Of a DNA stretch of 35,690 nucleotides, positions 16,115-26,360 are shown in pieces; within the stretch, counting starts at the first letter, position 1, and every line of letters begins with the position of its first letter. Position numbers and translations under genes: made by a program. The DNA is from a virus. The stretch lies in the IMG/VR virus record IMGVR_UViG_3300045988_151125; one strand, 5' to 3'. The notes beneath the pieces are model-generated. The model did not search any database. It was not told where the DNA came from and was given only the letters and a program-made list of their open reading frames with translations.

Positions 16115-17781
16115 CGCAGATACCCCGCCGCATTGCTGATTATCTGGATTTGGTGGAATCTGGCACGGTTCCGATGTGCCGCGACCAGTTGCTGCTTGCT
16201 GGCTACATTCGGCGCGTGTTTGAAACCGAAAACGTCCATGTTGACGAAGAACAGCTAGAGCGCTACCTATCCAACCAGAAATATTTCCCTTACAGGCTGC
16301 TGCCGTGGGAGGTTTTCTGCTTTGCCCTGCACAACTGCACATATACCGACACCGGGGCGCTGCGCTTCCCGGTGCTTTTCATCATGGTAGGACGCGGCGC
16401 GGGCAAAAATGGCTATCTTGCTTTCGAGGATTTCTGCCTCGTGACGCCCATCAATGGAATAAAGCACTACAACATTGATATGTTTGCCACATCGGAAAGC
16501 CAGGCGAAAGCCACGTTTGACGACATTTTCGAGCTGCTGGAATCAAACGAAAGATTCTTTCGGAAATATTTCCGATGGACGCAGGAAGAAATTGTAAATC
16601 TAGCGACAAAATCAAAGATCAAGTATCACACAAAAGCCCCCGAAACGAAGGACGGCGGCAGGCCCGGCAAAGTTGATTTTGACGAAGTACACGCCTACCA
16701 GAACAACAAATTAATAACCGTAGCGGTCACAGGTCTGGGAAAACGCCCGCACCCCCGCCGCACGTTTATAACGACGGACGGCGACGTCCGAGACGGCCCC
16801 CTTGATCGCTACATGGAAAAAGCGGCGCGGGTGCTGAATGGCAGCGAGCCGGACAACGGCTGGCTGTATTTTATTTGTCGTTTGGACGACGACAGCGAGA
16901 TCATGCACCCCGCAGCGTGGGCAAAGGCAAACCCATCGTTGAACGACCCGACCCGCAAAGAGTTGTTGCAGGAAATTGAACTGGAATTTGCAGAGTATAA
17001 GGACGACCCGGCGGGCAATCAGGCTTTTGCCACAAAGCGCATGAACCGACACCAAGGCAACGCCGAAATTGAGGTCACGAGCTGGGAAAACATCAAGGCA
17101 GCAAGCCGACCGTTCCCGGCAGACGTTGACCTGACCGGGCGCGCCGCTGTCTGGGGCATCGACTACGCAAGCACGCAGGACTTTGTCGCCGCTGGTATCT
17201 TGATACAGGTTGACGGCTGCTATTACTGGATTACACACACATGGGTGTGCAAGCAGTCCAAAACCTTGAGCCGCATAAACTTCCCACTGGCGGAAGCGGA
17301 AGCGCGCGGGGAGCTTACGATGGTGGACGCCCCGGAAATTGACCCGGACACGCCGGTGGAGTGGGTGGCAGAACAATGGCAAAAATACAGCTTGATTTAT
17401 GGCGGCATCGACCATTTTCGTTATACGCTTCTATCTCGCTCGCTGCGTGAAGCTGGCTTCGATACCGACCGCAAAACCGGCAACCTAAAATTAGTTTATA
17501 CGCCGGAACAGTCCAAAGTTGCCCCGGTAATAACAAGCGCGTTTATCAATCAGAAAATCGTATGGGGCGACAATATGCTAATGAGATGGTACACAAATAA
17601 CGCTTGCCGCGTCATCGACAAGCGCGGCAATATCACATTTGGAAAAATCGAGCCGAAAAGCCGCAAAACGGACGGCTTCATGGCGCTGGTCATGGCGTTT
17701 GTAGCGGCTGACTGCAAACAGGCGGAACTTGATGCGGCTAACGCCCCGGCGGGCGGGCTGCCGGACGTCTATATTTACTGA
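16111..17781 (+). CDS. terL: Terminase large subunit
   Basis: 556 aa. Walker A-like VGRGAGKNG, then the ATPase and nuclease halves. GTGA overlap with terS. Confidence 0.9.
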   Translation: MTQIPRRIADYLDLVESGTVPMCRDQLLLAGYIRRVFETENVHVDEEQLERYLSNQKYFPYRLLPWEVFCFALHNCTYTDTGALRFPVLFIMVGRGAGKNGYLAFEDFCLVTPINGIKHYNIDMFATSESQAKATFDDIFELLESNERFFRKYFRWTQEEIVNLATKSKIKYHTKAPETKDGGRPGKVDFDEVHAYQNNKLITVAVTGLGKRPHPRRTFITTDGDVRDGPLDRYMEKAARVLNGSEPDNGWLYFICRLDDDSEIMHPAAWAKANPSLNDPTRKELLQEIELEFAEYKDDPAGNQAFATKRMNRHQGNAEIEVTSWENIKAASRPFPADVDLTGRAAVWGIDYASTQDFVAAGILIQVDGCYYWITHTWVCKQSKTLSRINFPLAEAEARGELTMVDAPEIDPDTPVEWVAEQWQKYSLIYGGIDHFRYTLLSRSLREAGFDTDRKTGNLKLVYTPEQSKVAPVITSAFINQKIVWGDNMLMRWYTNNACRVIDKRGNITFGKIEPKSRKTDGFMALVMAFVAADCKQAELDAANAPAGGLPDVYIY

Positions 17782-17801
17782 TAGAAAGGGGGTGAAAATA
17801 T

Positions 17802-18968
17802 ATGCGATTTAGGGATTTTCTCGACGATTTTCTCGACCTTGCCCCCCGCGACGAAAACGGAAATATACAGCTTTCCAGCAAGGCGGGCGTGACGATAGCC
17901 GCGCCGAACACGCTGGACGTGGAAGAACTCGCGATTTTTTCCGTTATAGACCTCATAGCGTCAGCGGCGAGCCTGTGCGAGTTCCGCACCTACCAGAACG
18001 ACACGCGCACACGCGCAAAGGACTGGTATGCGTGGAACGTCGAGCCGAACCAGAACCAAAACGGCACGGAGTTCAAGCGCTTGCTGTTTGCCCGCCTGCT
18101 GCGGTACAACGAAGCGCTGGTTTTCCAGCGCCGCGACGGATCCTTATATCTGGCGGACACGTTTGCGCGGAACGCCTACGCTTTTCGCCCCTGCACCTAT
18201 ACCGGCGTAAGCACCAACGGTCTGACGCTCAGTTATACGCTGCTCGAAGATCAGGTGTATTATTTTCGGCTGGCAAATCAGGACGCCGCCGCCCTGCTGG
18301 GCAGGCTGCGCGGGCTGTACAGCAAGGCAATGGCGGAAGCGTTCGGAAAGTATCAGAAATCTGGCGGGCGCAGCGGTATCCTGCACATAAACGGCACGGC
18401 GCGCGGTACAAAGACGTTTGAAACGGACATCGACACATTGATGAACGACCGTTTCAAAAAGTTTTTTGAAAGCAAAAACGCCGTTCTGCCGCTGTTTGAT
18501 GGCTACACCTACACCCCGCAGGACGGCCCGGCGGTACAAAAAGGCGCGTCGGAGGTGTCAGACCTTGACAGCTTGATGAAACAGGCGCAAGATCGCGCCT
18601 GCAACGCCTACCATGTGCCGCCCAGTCTGCTGCGCGGCGACGTCACGAACATGGACGAAGCCGTCAAAAGCCTTTTGACGTTTGGGCTGAAACCCCCGGT
18701 CGAAGTCGTGCAGACCGAAATCAACCGAAAAGCCTACGGCGCGGCAATGCTGCAAGGCTGGCGGCTGAATATCGACACCACGCACGTTCGCGCCGTTGAT
18801 GTGTTCGACATTGCGGAAAAGGCGGACAAGCTGCGGCAGGACGGTATCTACAACGTCAACGAGCTGCGCGAAAAGGTCGGCGACGACCGTATCCCGGAGC
18901 CGTGGGCGGACAAATACAGCATCACGAAAAACATGGAATCGGTCAACGCGACCGACCCCACCACCTGA
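17802..18968 (+). CDS. Portal protein (HK97 family-like)
   Basis: 388 aa, positioned after TerL. RBS AAGGGGGTG. Confidence 0.85.
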   Translation: MRFRDFLDDFLDLAPRDENGNIQLSSKAGVTIAAPNTLDVEELAIFSVIDLIASAASLCEFRTYQNDTRTRAKDWYAWNVEPNQNQNGTEFKRLLFARLLRYNEALVFQRRDGSLYLADTFARNAYAFRPCTYTGVSTNGLTLSYTLLEDQVYYFRLANQDAAALLGRLRGLYSKAMAEAFGKYQKSGGRSGILHINGTARGTKTFETDIDTLMNDRFKKFFESKNAVLPLFDGYTYTPQDGPAVQKGASEVSDLDSLMKQAQDRACNAYHVPPSLLRGDVTNMDEAVKSLLTFGLKPPVEVVQTEINRKAYGAAMLQGWRLNIDTTHVRAVDVFDIAEKADKLRQDGIYNVNELREKVGDDRIPEPWADKYSITKNMESVNATDPTT

Positions 18969-18984
18969 AAGGAGGTGAAAAACT

Positions 18985-19836
18985 ATGTTGAAAATGAACG
19001 TGACCCACAAGGTCGAAATGCTTGAAACCGGCAAGGTTGTGGAATTTATGATCCGCGACGAAATCCGCCCAGACGGTGTGAAGTTTGACTGGTCAACGTG
19101 GAAAGAGGTTGACGACCCCAGCGACACCAGTCAGCGCTATTTTAACGAGAATCTGGCGGGCTTGACCGCTGCCGACACCGTGCGGCTGTATATCAACAGT
19201 TTGGGCGGTAGCGTCAAGGAAGCGCTGGGAATTTACAGCGCCCTGCGCCGCTGCCCGGCAAAGGTCGAGGCGTACATCGACGGTTATGCGGCTTCTGCCG
19301 CCTCTATCATTGCAATGGCTGCCGACAGGGTCGTCATGCCGCGCAACACCTGCATGATGATACACAACGCGGCGTGGATGACCTACGGCAACCCCACCGA
19401 GTTGCGCAAGTCTGCTGACGACCTCGAAATCATCAACACGGCGGCAATCAGCAGTTACACAGCCCGCGCGGGCGATAAGCTGCCGGAAAGCGAGCTGCGG
19501 CAGATGCTTGACGCGGAAACGTGGCTGAGTGCCGACGACTGCATCAAGTACGGACTGGCGGACGAATACGGCGACACCGACGCGGACACCGCGCAGATGG
19601 CGCAGACATACGCTGCCGCCGCGTCTGCGGCTGGCGAGACCGTGAGAGCCTACGGCAAGCCCCCGGAATATCTTGCGGCGGCTTGCCTTGCGGCAGCCGC
19701 ACAGAGCGCCGCAGACGGCTTGCAGAAGCCGACGCCTACACCGCCGCCCGCGCCGAAAGCGGCGCAGACCCCCGCACCGACCGAAACACCAAAAAGCAGC
19801 ATTTTCAAGCTGCTGGAAACCATGACAAAGGAGTAA
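18985..19836 (+). CDS. ClpP-like head maturation protease
   Basis: YINSLGGSV...GYAASAASIIAMAADRVVMPRNTCMMIHNA, a ClpP Ser/His signature context. Confidence 0.85.
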   Translation: MLKMNVTHKVEMLETGKVVEFMIRDEIRPDGVKFDWSTWKEVDDPSDTSQRYFNENLAGLTAADTVRLYINSLGGSVKEALGIYSALRRCPAKVEAYIDGYAASAASIIAMAADRVVMPRNTCMMIHNAAWMTYGNPTELRKSADDLEIINTAAISSYTARAGDKLPESELRQMLDAETWLSADDCIKYGLADEYGDTDADTAQMAQTYAAAASAAGETVRAYGKPPEYLAAACLAAAAQSAADGLQKPTPTPPPAPKAAQTPAPTETPKSSIFKLLETMTKE

Positions 19837-19841
19837 AAACC

Positions 19842-21065
19842 ATGAGCATGAGTAAAGACTTGATCGCCAATGCAAAAAAGCAGAACGCCGCCGCCCTCGC
19901 TGCGGCGTTCAAATCCGGCGACGAAGAGCAGATGACCGCCGCCCTCGCCACGTTCTGCGACGATGTGCAGGACGCTGTGCTGCAGAATGCCGCCGAGGTT
20001 GCCGAGCAGCGCAACGCCGACAACGCTATTATGGCGGCGCGCGGCGTCCACGTCCTGACCAGTGCCGAAATGAGCTATTACAACGCCCTGAGCGACGCGC
20101 TGCGGTCTGAGAATCCCCGCGCCGCCGTTACCAACCTCGACGTTGCGATGCCCCAGACCGTTATCGACGGCGTTATCGGCACCATCAAGACCGAACACCC
20201 CCTGCTTGACCGCCTGAACTTCACCAACACCAGCTATCTGACCCGCATTATTACCGCTTCGTCCACTGCTGGGCTGGCACAGTGGGGCAAGCTGTCCGCG
20301 CAGGTCACGCAGGAGGTCAACGGCGCGCTGAAAGAAATCAACCTGACGCTGTGCAAGCTGACTGCTTTCATGTGCATTTCCACCGACCTGCTTGATCTGG
20401 GCCCGCAGTGGCTTGACCAGTATGTCCGCGAGATTCTGGCGGAGGCGCTGGCGATGGCACTTGAAACCGCTGTCGTCAGCGGCGACGGTAAAGACAAGCC
20501 TATCGGCATGATTCGCGACGTGTCTGCGTCCGCCAACGTGCAGGACGGAAAGTACCCGGAACAGACCCCCACTGAGTTGACCGAGCTGACCCCCAAGGCG
20601 ATGGGCGCAATCGTCAAGATGATCGCGCGCGACCCCAAGGACAGCACCGGCGCGACCGCCCGCCCGGTCGATGACCTGATTTTCGTCGTCAACCCGTTCG
20701 ACTACTGGGGGACTATCATGCCCGCCACCAGTTACCAGCGCCCCGATGGCACATGGGCGCACGACATTCTGCCCATTCCCGCAGACCTGTTCCAGAGCGC
20801 CGCGCTCGCGCAGGGCAAGGCGGTTCTCGGTATGCCGAAACAGTATTTTGTCGGGTTGGGCGTCACGTCCAAAGACGGCGTTATCACGCAGGACGACAGC
20901 GTTCACTTTTTCGAGGACGAACGCGCCTACAAAATCAAGTTGCAGGGCAACGCCCGCCCGGTGGACGAGTATGCCTTCGTGTACATCGACATTTCCAAAC
21001 TTGACCCGGAGACCGCGACCCCTGTCAAGGTCAAGGGCACTGTTACCACTAAGGCGAGCACCTAA
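19842..21065 (+). CDS. Major capsid protein (HK97 fold family)
   Basis: 407 aa following the protease. The ATG at 19842 has an RBS. The upstream ORF-track extension overlaps the protease gene. Confidence 0.85.
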   Translation: MSMSKDLIANAKKQNAAALAAAFKSGDEEQMTAALATFCDDVQDAVLQNAAEVAEQRNADNAIMAARGVHVLTSAEMSYYNALSDALRSENPRAAVTNLDVAMPQTVIDGVIGTIKTEHPLLDRLNFTNTSYLTRIITASSTAGLAQWGKLSAQVTQEVNGALKEINLTLCKLTAFMCISTDLLDLGPQWLDQYVREILAEALAMALETAVVSGDGKDKPIGMIRDVSASANVQDGKYPEQTPTELTELTPKAMGAIVKMIARDPKDSTGATARPVDDLIFVVNPFDYWGTIMPATSYQRPDGTWAHDILPIPADLFQSAALAQGKAVLGMPKQYFVGLGVTSKDGVITQDDSVHFFEDERAYKIKLQGNARPVDEYAFVYIDISKLDPETATPVKVKGTVTTKAST

Positions 21066-21081
21066 CCGGGAGGGCTGACAC

Positions 21082-21411
21082 ATGGCTACCAACGACACGA
21101 CGGCAAGCACCGAGACCATCAGCGCGGAGCTGTACGCTGCGGCGCTAAACCGCATGAACATAACGTGGGAGCCTGACGAAAAAACCGCCCAGAACATAAA
21201 AGCCGCAATCATTGAGGCGCAGGACTATTTGCGAGGGATCGCCGGAAGCCCTGCGCTTTCTTTTGCTATGGGCGCAGACCGCGCCCTGCTGCTGACCTGC
21301 ACAGAGTACGTCATCAGCAAGAAGCTGGCGGATTTCCGGGCGGACTACCTCGAAGAGCTTAACACGTTGCGATTGCGGGAGGCGTTCGGCTGTGGCAAAG
21401 GCGAGAGTTGA
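21082..21411 (+). CDS. Head-tail connector (gp6-like)
   Basis: Size, position and RBS GGGAGGG. Confidence 0.65.
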   Translation: MATNDTTASTETISAELYAAALNRMNITWEPDEKTAQNIKAAIIEAQDYLRGIAGSPALSFAMGADRALLLTCTEYVISKKLADFRADYLEELNTLRLREAFGCGKGES

Positions 21412-21757
21412 GTTTCAAACATTTCTTGACGGCTTGTGCAGTATCTACCGGCTGGACAAAAACCGCCGCCCCACGCTGCTGCTGGGCAACGTCCGTTTTC
21501 AGCGCCGCGTCGTCGGCGCGAAACGCCACTGGACGGCAGAACAAGCCGGGCACAATATCGAGATGGTGATACGGCTGCCGCGCGCGGATTTTATAACTGG
21601 GGGCGCGTTTGTCGTTATCGGCGGCAAGCAGTACGTTGTCACACAGGCGCAGATCATCCCCGACACCCTGCCGCAATGCACCGACCTGACGCTGGAACAG
21701 CCCGAATTGCTGCTTGATTTCAAAGAAAGCGAGGTGGGAGCCGGTGGGCGCTATTAA
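21392..21757 (+). CDS. Head closure / head-tail adaptor protein
   Basis: Size and position. The start codon is uncertain. Confidence 0.6.
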   Translation: MAKARVEFQTFLDGLCSIYRLDKNRRPTLLLGNVRFQRRVVGAKRHWTAEQAGHNIEMVIRLPRADFITGGAFVVIGGKQYVVTQAQIIPDTLPQCTDLTLEQPELLLDFKESEVGAGGRY

Positions 21758-22184
21758 AGGCGTTGCACAATTCGACGTTGCCAAACAGCTGAACGACATC
21801 ATCAAGTCGTACAACTGGGATGCACGCGAAAAAATCAAAGAGGCGGGGCAATACTGCGCCAAGGAAATGGCGAAAGAGCTTCGCAACTGCCCCAACTTTG
21901 CGGCGGGCAAAGGAAAGCACGGAACGTCAACCGGAAAATATAACCGGGGCTGGTCGAGCAAGCCGCAGGAAGGACACAGCGGAAGCCGATATTTTTATTC
22001 TTACGTTGTTTACAATAAAGACAAATATCGCTTGACGCATCTGCTGGAAAAAGGACACGCAATTAAAAATAAAAAAGGCGGCGTTTCCTACGGCGACGTT
22101 GCTGCATTCCCACACATTGCCCCGGAAGAAGAGCGCTGGAACAACGAGTTTATGAAGCGCTGTGAGGAGGCGGTGCAGGAATGA
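21744..22184 (+). CDS. HK97 gp10-like tail component
   Basis: YVVYNKDKYRLTHLLEKGHAIKNKKGG pattern. GTG at 21744 follows AGGTGGGAG. The ORF-track start at 21714 is also possible. Confidence 0.6.
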   Translation: MGAIKGVAQFDVAKQLNDIIKSYNWDAREKIKEAGQYCAKEMAKELRNCPNFAAGKGKHGTSTGKYNRGWSSKPQEGHSGSRYFYSYVVYNKDKYRLTHLLEKGHAIKNKKGGVSYGDVAAFPHIAPEEERWNNEFMKRCEEAVQE

Positions 22185-22507
22185 AAGCCACCGACGTGCT
22201 GGCGATCCTCGACGGCATCGGTATCCCACGCGAGGAAGATTTTATAACCCCGGCGGGTGGCGCACAAATCCCGCTGCCCTACATGGTCGCCCGGAAAAAT
22301 GAAACGACCCGCGCCGCCGACAACAGGCGCGTGGGTATCGTTTCGGTTTCGTGGACGGTTGCGCTTTTTACAGCAAACAAGGATTTTGCACTTGAACGCA
22401 AAATCCTTGCTGCGCTGCACAGCGTCGCCGACATTGAAACCGAGCATTTCCCGGACGGCTCACCGTATCAAACAAATTTTTATTTTAACACGAAAGAGAG
22501 GTTCTAA
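22181..22507 (+). CDS. Tail completion/terminator-like protein
   Basis: Position, and ATGA overlap with the upstream gene. Confidence 0.55.
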   Translation: MKATDVLAILDGIGIPREEDFITPAGGAQIPLPYMVARKNETTRAADNRRVGIVSVSWTVALFTANKDFALERKILAALHSVADIETEHFPDGSPYQTNFYFNTKERF

Positions 22508-22510
22508 CCC

Positions 22511-23095
22511 ATGAGTGAAACCAGAGCTGCAAGCACCAACGCCGCAGAGATCGACAACAGTGAAAATATTATTCTGGGCAGTGGTGACCTGTTCATCGTC
22601 GAGTATTCGGGCACTGTCCCGGAGGACGCGACCATCGAAGTCGACGACAACCGCGCGGGCAACATCAAGGGCGGCGCGACGCTGGAATATTCCACCGACA
22701 GCAAGACCGTGGAGGACGACAAGGGGCGCGTCAAGAAAACCGTGCTGACATCCGAAACCGTCACCCTGAAAACCGGGCTGATCACGTGGGCAAAAAGGTG
22801 GATTCAGGCGCTTGTGCAGACTGCCCGCATTGATGAAACCACCAAAGCGGGGCACCGCATTTTCAAGATCGGCGGGCTATCGAACAACCAGAAGAAAAAA
22901 TACTTGTACCGCTTCGTACATACCCGCGACGATGGGCGCAAGCTGCGTGTGACTGTCACCGGCAAGAACACCGGCACGCTGTCGCTGGCGTTCGACCCGG
23001 ACAACGAAACCACCGTGGACGGCGAGATCACGGCGGACACCCTCGACAAAGAGGGCACGCTGGTCATCGTGGACGACGAACTTGTGGCCGGATAA
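22511..23095 (+). CDS. Major tail protein
   Basis: 194 aa, immediately before the chaperone pair and the tape measure gene. Confidence 0.8.
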   Translation: MSETRAASTNAAEIDNSENIILGSGDLFIVEYSGTVPEDATIEVDDNRAGNIKGGATLEYSTDSKTVEDDKGRVKKTVLTSETVTLKTGLITWAKRWIQALVQTARIDETTKAGHRIFKIGGLSNNQKKKYLYRFVHTRDDGRKLRVTVTGKNTGTLSLAFDPDNETTVDGEITADTLDKEGTLVIVDDELVAG

Positions 23096-23109
23096 GGGGG
23101 CTTTACCGT

Positions 23110-23403
23110 ATGTTTTCCGTTGCGAATGTGAAACCGCGCTATTTTGAGTTTCAGCAGCCCGGCGGCGACAACGTGCTGAAGATTGAGCCGCCGAAGCTGA
23201 AAACCATGCGCGAGCTGGAAGAAGTCGACGACGACGACCGCAAGCTGATTGAAGTCGTTGCAAAAATCATTGCCAAAAATACGGCAGGCTTCCGGGTCAC
23301 GCCGGAAATGGTGGAAAGTTGGCTGGACGTTGACCAGCTGGTCGAGTTTATCACCGCTTTCATGGATTGGCTGCGCGCCGAAAGGAAAGCTGACCCAAAC
23401 TAA
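23110..23403 (+). CDS. Tail assembly chaperone G
   Basis: 97 aa, acidic, directly upstream of the tape measure gene. Confidence 0.75.
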   Translation: MFSVANVKPRYFEFQQPGGDNVLKIEPPKLKTMRELEEVDDDDRKLIEVVAKIIAKNTAGFRVTPEMVESWLDVDQLVEFITAFMDWLRAERKADPN

Positions 23404-23666
23404 ACACCCCCTATTACCCCGAAAAGGGTACGGAGGGGGTATATTTCGACATTTCCACCGTGCGCGAAAAAGCAGTAGCGGAATATGCGGGAATATCCCT
23501 TTTTCAAGTCCAGAATCTCATGATTCTTGACTTTTGGGCGTTATTTCACGACGCTGTTGTTTACAACCGCGCACAGACGCCGGACGGCCGCAAGTGGCTG
23601 AAAAATGCCTGGCGTCTTACGCAGACCGAGCCGGAAACGGCGAAGCTGCACAAAAAATACGGTTGA
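23110..23666 (+). CDS. Tail assembly chaperone GT fusion (-1 programmed frameshift product)
   Basis: The -1 frame is open from 23394 to the stop at 23664-23666. The slippery heptamer C CCA AAC lies at 23394-23400 in the G frame, three codons before the G stop. Confidence 0.65.
23394..23400 (+). promoter_or_regulatory. -1 ribosomal frameshift slippery site CCCAAAC
   Basis: X XXY YYZ pattern in the zero frame of the G gene. Confidence 0.6.
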
Positions 23667-23681
23667 GGGGAGGAATAAAAC

Positions 23682-26348
23682 ATGGCATCAAAGGGTATCA
23701 AGGGCATTACTGTCGAATTTAACGGCGAAACACAAGGGCTTGACAAAGCGCTGCAAACGGTAAACACAAACGCCAAGAAAACACAAGCCGCCCTGCGCGA
23801 CGTAGACAAGGCGCTAAAGCTCAACCCAAGCAGCACCGAGCTGTTGACGGAAAAGCAAACCGCGCTGCAAGCCGCTGTTTCTGCTGCCCGCGACAAAGTG
23901 AAAGACCTTGAAGCGGTACAGGAACAAGTAAAACAGCAGTATGCAGCGGGCGAAATCGACCAAGGCGCATACGCCCAGTTTCAGCTTGAACTTGAAACCG
24001 CCAGCGCCAACCTGAAAAAGTTGGAAGAACAGCAGAAGCAGTTCGGCAATGTGGCAAAGCAGGTTTTGCAGGGAGCCGGGCAGAAAGTGCAGGATTTTGG
24101 CAAAAAAGTCGAAACTGCCGGGGAAAATATAACAAAAGTCGGCGACGGCATGACAAAGAACGTGACCACCCCCATCATGGCGGTGGGCACGGCTGCGGTG
24201 GCTGCATTTAGCGCCGTGGACGATGGCGCGGACACGATTGTGCGCGCCACCGGCGCAAGCGGCGACGCCCTCGACGGTCTGGTCGGCAGCTATGAAAACG
24301 TGGCTACCAAAATTCCGGCAGAGCTGGGCGATGTGGCGTCGGCAATCGGCGAGGTAAACACCCGGTTTCAGACGACGGGCCCGGAACTGGAAAGCCAGAC
24401 AGAGCTTTTCCTGAAATTCGCAAACATCACAGGCGGCGACGTCGTGGGGTCTGTTGACGATGCAGACAAAGCGCTGGAAGCGTGGGGAAGCGATGCAAGC
24501 GACCTGCCCGGATTTCTGGGCATGGTTGCCAAGGCGTCGCAGGATACCGGGCTGAACGCTCAAAAATTGATGCAGGACGTACAGGGAAACAGTGCGAGTT
24601 TCAAAGAGCTGGGCTTTTCGCTGGAAGAATCCATCAATTTTATGTCGATGCTTGACGCGAACGGCGTGGAATCCAGCACGGCGTTGGCGGGCTTGAAAAA
24701 AGCCGTCGTCAACCTGACCGATTCGGGCATGGACGAACACGAAGCCTTGCAGCAGGTCATCGGCAGCATTAAAGACGCTTCGACCGAAACCGAGGCACTG
24801 GAAAAAGCGCAGGAGGTTTTCGGCACTAAGGGCGCGGCAGAAATGGCTACCGCAATCCGTGACGGACGCCTTGACATTGACGATCTATCCGCCAGTATGT
24901 CGGACTACTCGACCGTAGTAGACGACACATTCGCAAATACTGTTGACGGCGTGGACGGCGCAAAAACAGCGGCAAACGCTGCAAAAATCGCGCTTGCCGA
25001 TCTGGGCGGCACTATCAGCGATATGCTGGGCCCGGTGTTGGAACAGGTAACGCAGATTTTACGTAACGCAAAAGCTGCCCTTGACAATATGGACGAAGGA
25101 CAGAAGCAAGCCATTGTAAAAGTGGCGCTGCTGGTTGCAGCAATCGGCCCGGCTATTGCGATAGGCGGGCGCGTCGTAGGAATCATCGGAACGGTTATAG
25201 AAAAAGGCGGCGCGCTCATCGGCTTTCTGGGCAAAGTTCCCGGCGCTGTGACGACGATCATCAGCGTGGCGAGCAAGGCGGGCAGTCTGATTTCTACCAT
25301 CGGCGGCGTGGCAATGCCCGCACTGTCGGCGGCAATCGGCTTTCTGACCTCGCCGATCGGCATTGCTGTCGCTGCCATTGTGGGCGCGGTTGCGGTTTTT
25401 GCACTGCTGTATAACAAGTGTGAGGGTTTCCGCAACGTCGTGAACACGGTCGGCTCGGCAATTCAATCGGGCTGGTCGTCGGCAATGACGGCGGTCGGCA
25501 GCCTCGCAAGCAAAGGCATGGAAGCCGCCCGCGCGACGGTATCCGAAAAGCTGACGAACATCCAAAATGCCTACACCCAGAACGGCGGCGGCATCAAGGG
25601 CACAGTAGCGGCAACTTTCGAGACTATCAAGAGCTTGCACACGGCGGGCTTTACATTCATCGACAATCTGACGGGCGGAAAGCTGTCCGCAATCGTGGCG
25701 AAGTTCAACTTGCTGGACGCAGCCAAGACCACCGTGTCGAACGTCATGGAGAGCGTGCGCGGGTTCTTTTCGTCGAAAATCGAAGCCGCCCGCGCGTCAA
25801 TCTCGCAGGGCGTCCAGAACATCAACAGCCAGTTTCCCGGCTTGTCCGGCGCGGCCTCGACAGTATCGAACATTATGGACGGCGTGCGCAGTGCGTTCGC
25901 GTCGAAAATCGAAGCTGCCCGCAGTGCGGTGTCACAGGGCATAGCCAACATCAAGAATTTGTTCAATTTTTCGTGGAGCCTGCCGCCGATTAGACTGCCG
26001 CACTTTTCCGTGTCTGGCAGCTTTTCCCTTAACCCGCCCAGTGTGCCGAAAATCGGCGTCAGCTGGTACAAACAGGGCGGCATCCTCAACGGCGCGCAGA
26101 TTTTTGGCAGCATGGGCGACACCCTGCTGGGCGGCGGCGAGGCTGGCGCGGAAGCAGTTCTGCCCCTGTCGAGCTTTTACAGCGAGCTGGCGGAAATCCT
26201 TGACGAACGGCTGGCGGCGTTGCAGCACACCGGCCCGCTGATTGAGCAGCATAACGAATACCACAGCCCGAAAGCACTAAGCCCGGCGGAAGCCGCCCGC
26301 GAGACCCGCGAAGCGACCCGGCAGGCAGTGCGCGCAATCCGAAAGTGA
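23682..26348 (+). CDS. Tape measure protein
   Basis: 888 aa with a coiled-coil N-terminus, central TM-like segments and internally repeated SKIEAAR motifs. Confidence 0.9.
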   Translation: MASKGIKGITVEFNGETQGLDKALQTVNTNAKKTQAALRDVDKALKLNPSSTELLTEKQTALQAAVSAARDKVKDLEAVQEQVKQQYAAGEIDQGAYAQFQLELETASANLKKLEEQQKQFGNVAKQVLQGAGQKVQDFGKKVETAGENITKVGDGMTKNVTTPIMAVGTAAVAAFSAVDDGADTIVRATGASGDALDGLVGSYENVATKIPAELGDVASAIGEVNTRFQTTGPELESQTELFLKFANITGGDVVGSVDDADKALEAWGSDASDLPGFLGMVAKASQDTGLNAQKLMQDVQGNSASFKELGFSLEESINFMSMLDANGVESSTALAGLKKAVVNLTDSGMDEHEALQQVIGSIKDASTETEALEKAQEVFGTKGAAEMATAIRDGRLDIDDLSASMSDYSTVVDDTFANTVDGVDGAKTAANAAKIALADLGGTISDMLGPVLEQVTQILRNAKAALDNMDEGQKQAIVKVALLVAAIGPAIAIGGRVVGIIGTVIEKGGALIGFLGKVPGAVTTIISVASKAGSLISTIGGVAMPALSAAIGFLTSPIGIAVAAIVGAVAVFALLYNKCEGFRNVVNTVGSAIQSGWSSAMTAVGSLASKGMEAARATVSEKLTNIQNAYTQNGGGIKGTVAATFETIKSLHTAGFTFIDNLTGGKLSAIVAKFNLLDAAKTTVSNVMESVRGFFSSKIEAARASISQGVQNINSQFPGLSGAASTVSNIMDGVRSAFASKIEAARSAVSQGIANIKNLFNFSWSLPPIRLPHFSVSGSFSLNPPSVPKIGVSWYKQGGILNGAQIFGSMGDTLLGGGEAGAEAVLPLSSFYSELAEILDERLAALQHTGPLIEQHNEYHSPKALSPAEAARETREATRQAVRAIRK

Positions 26349-26360
26349 GGTGGTGCAGCC

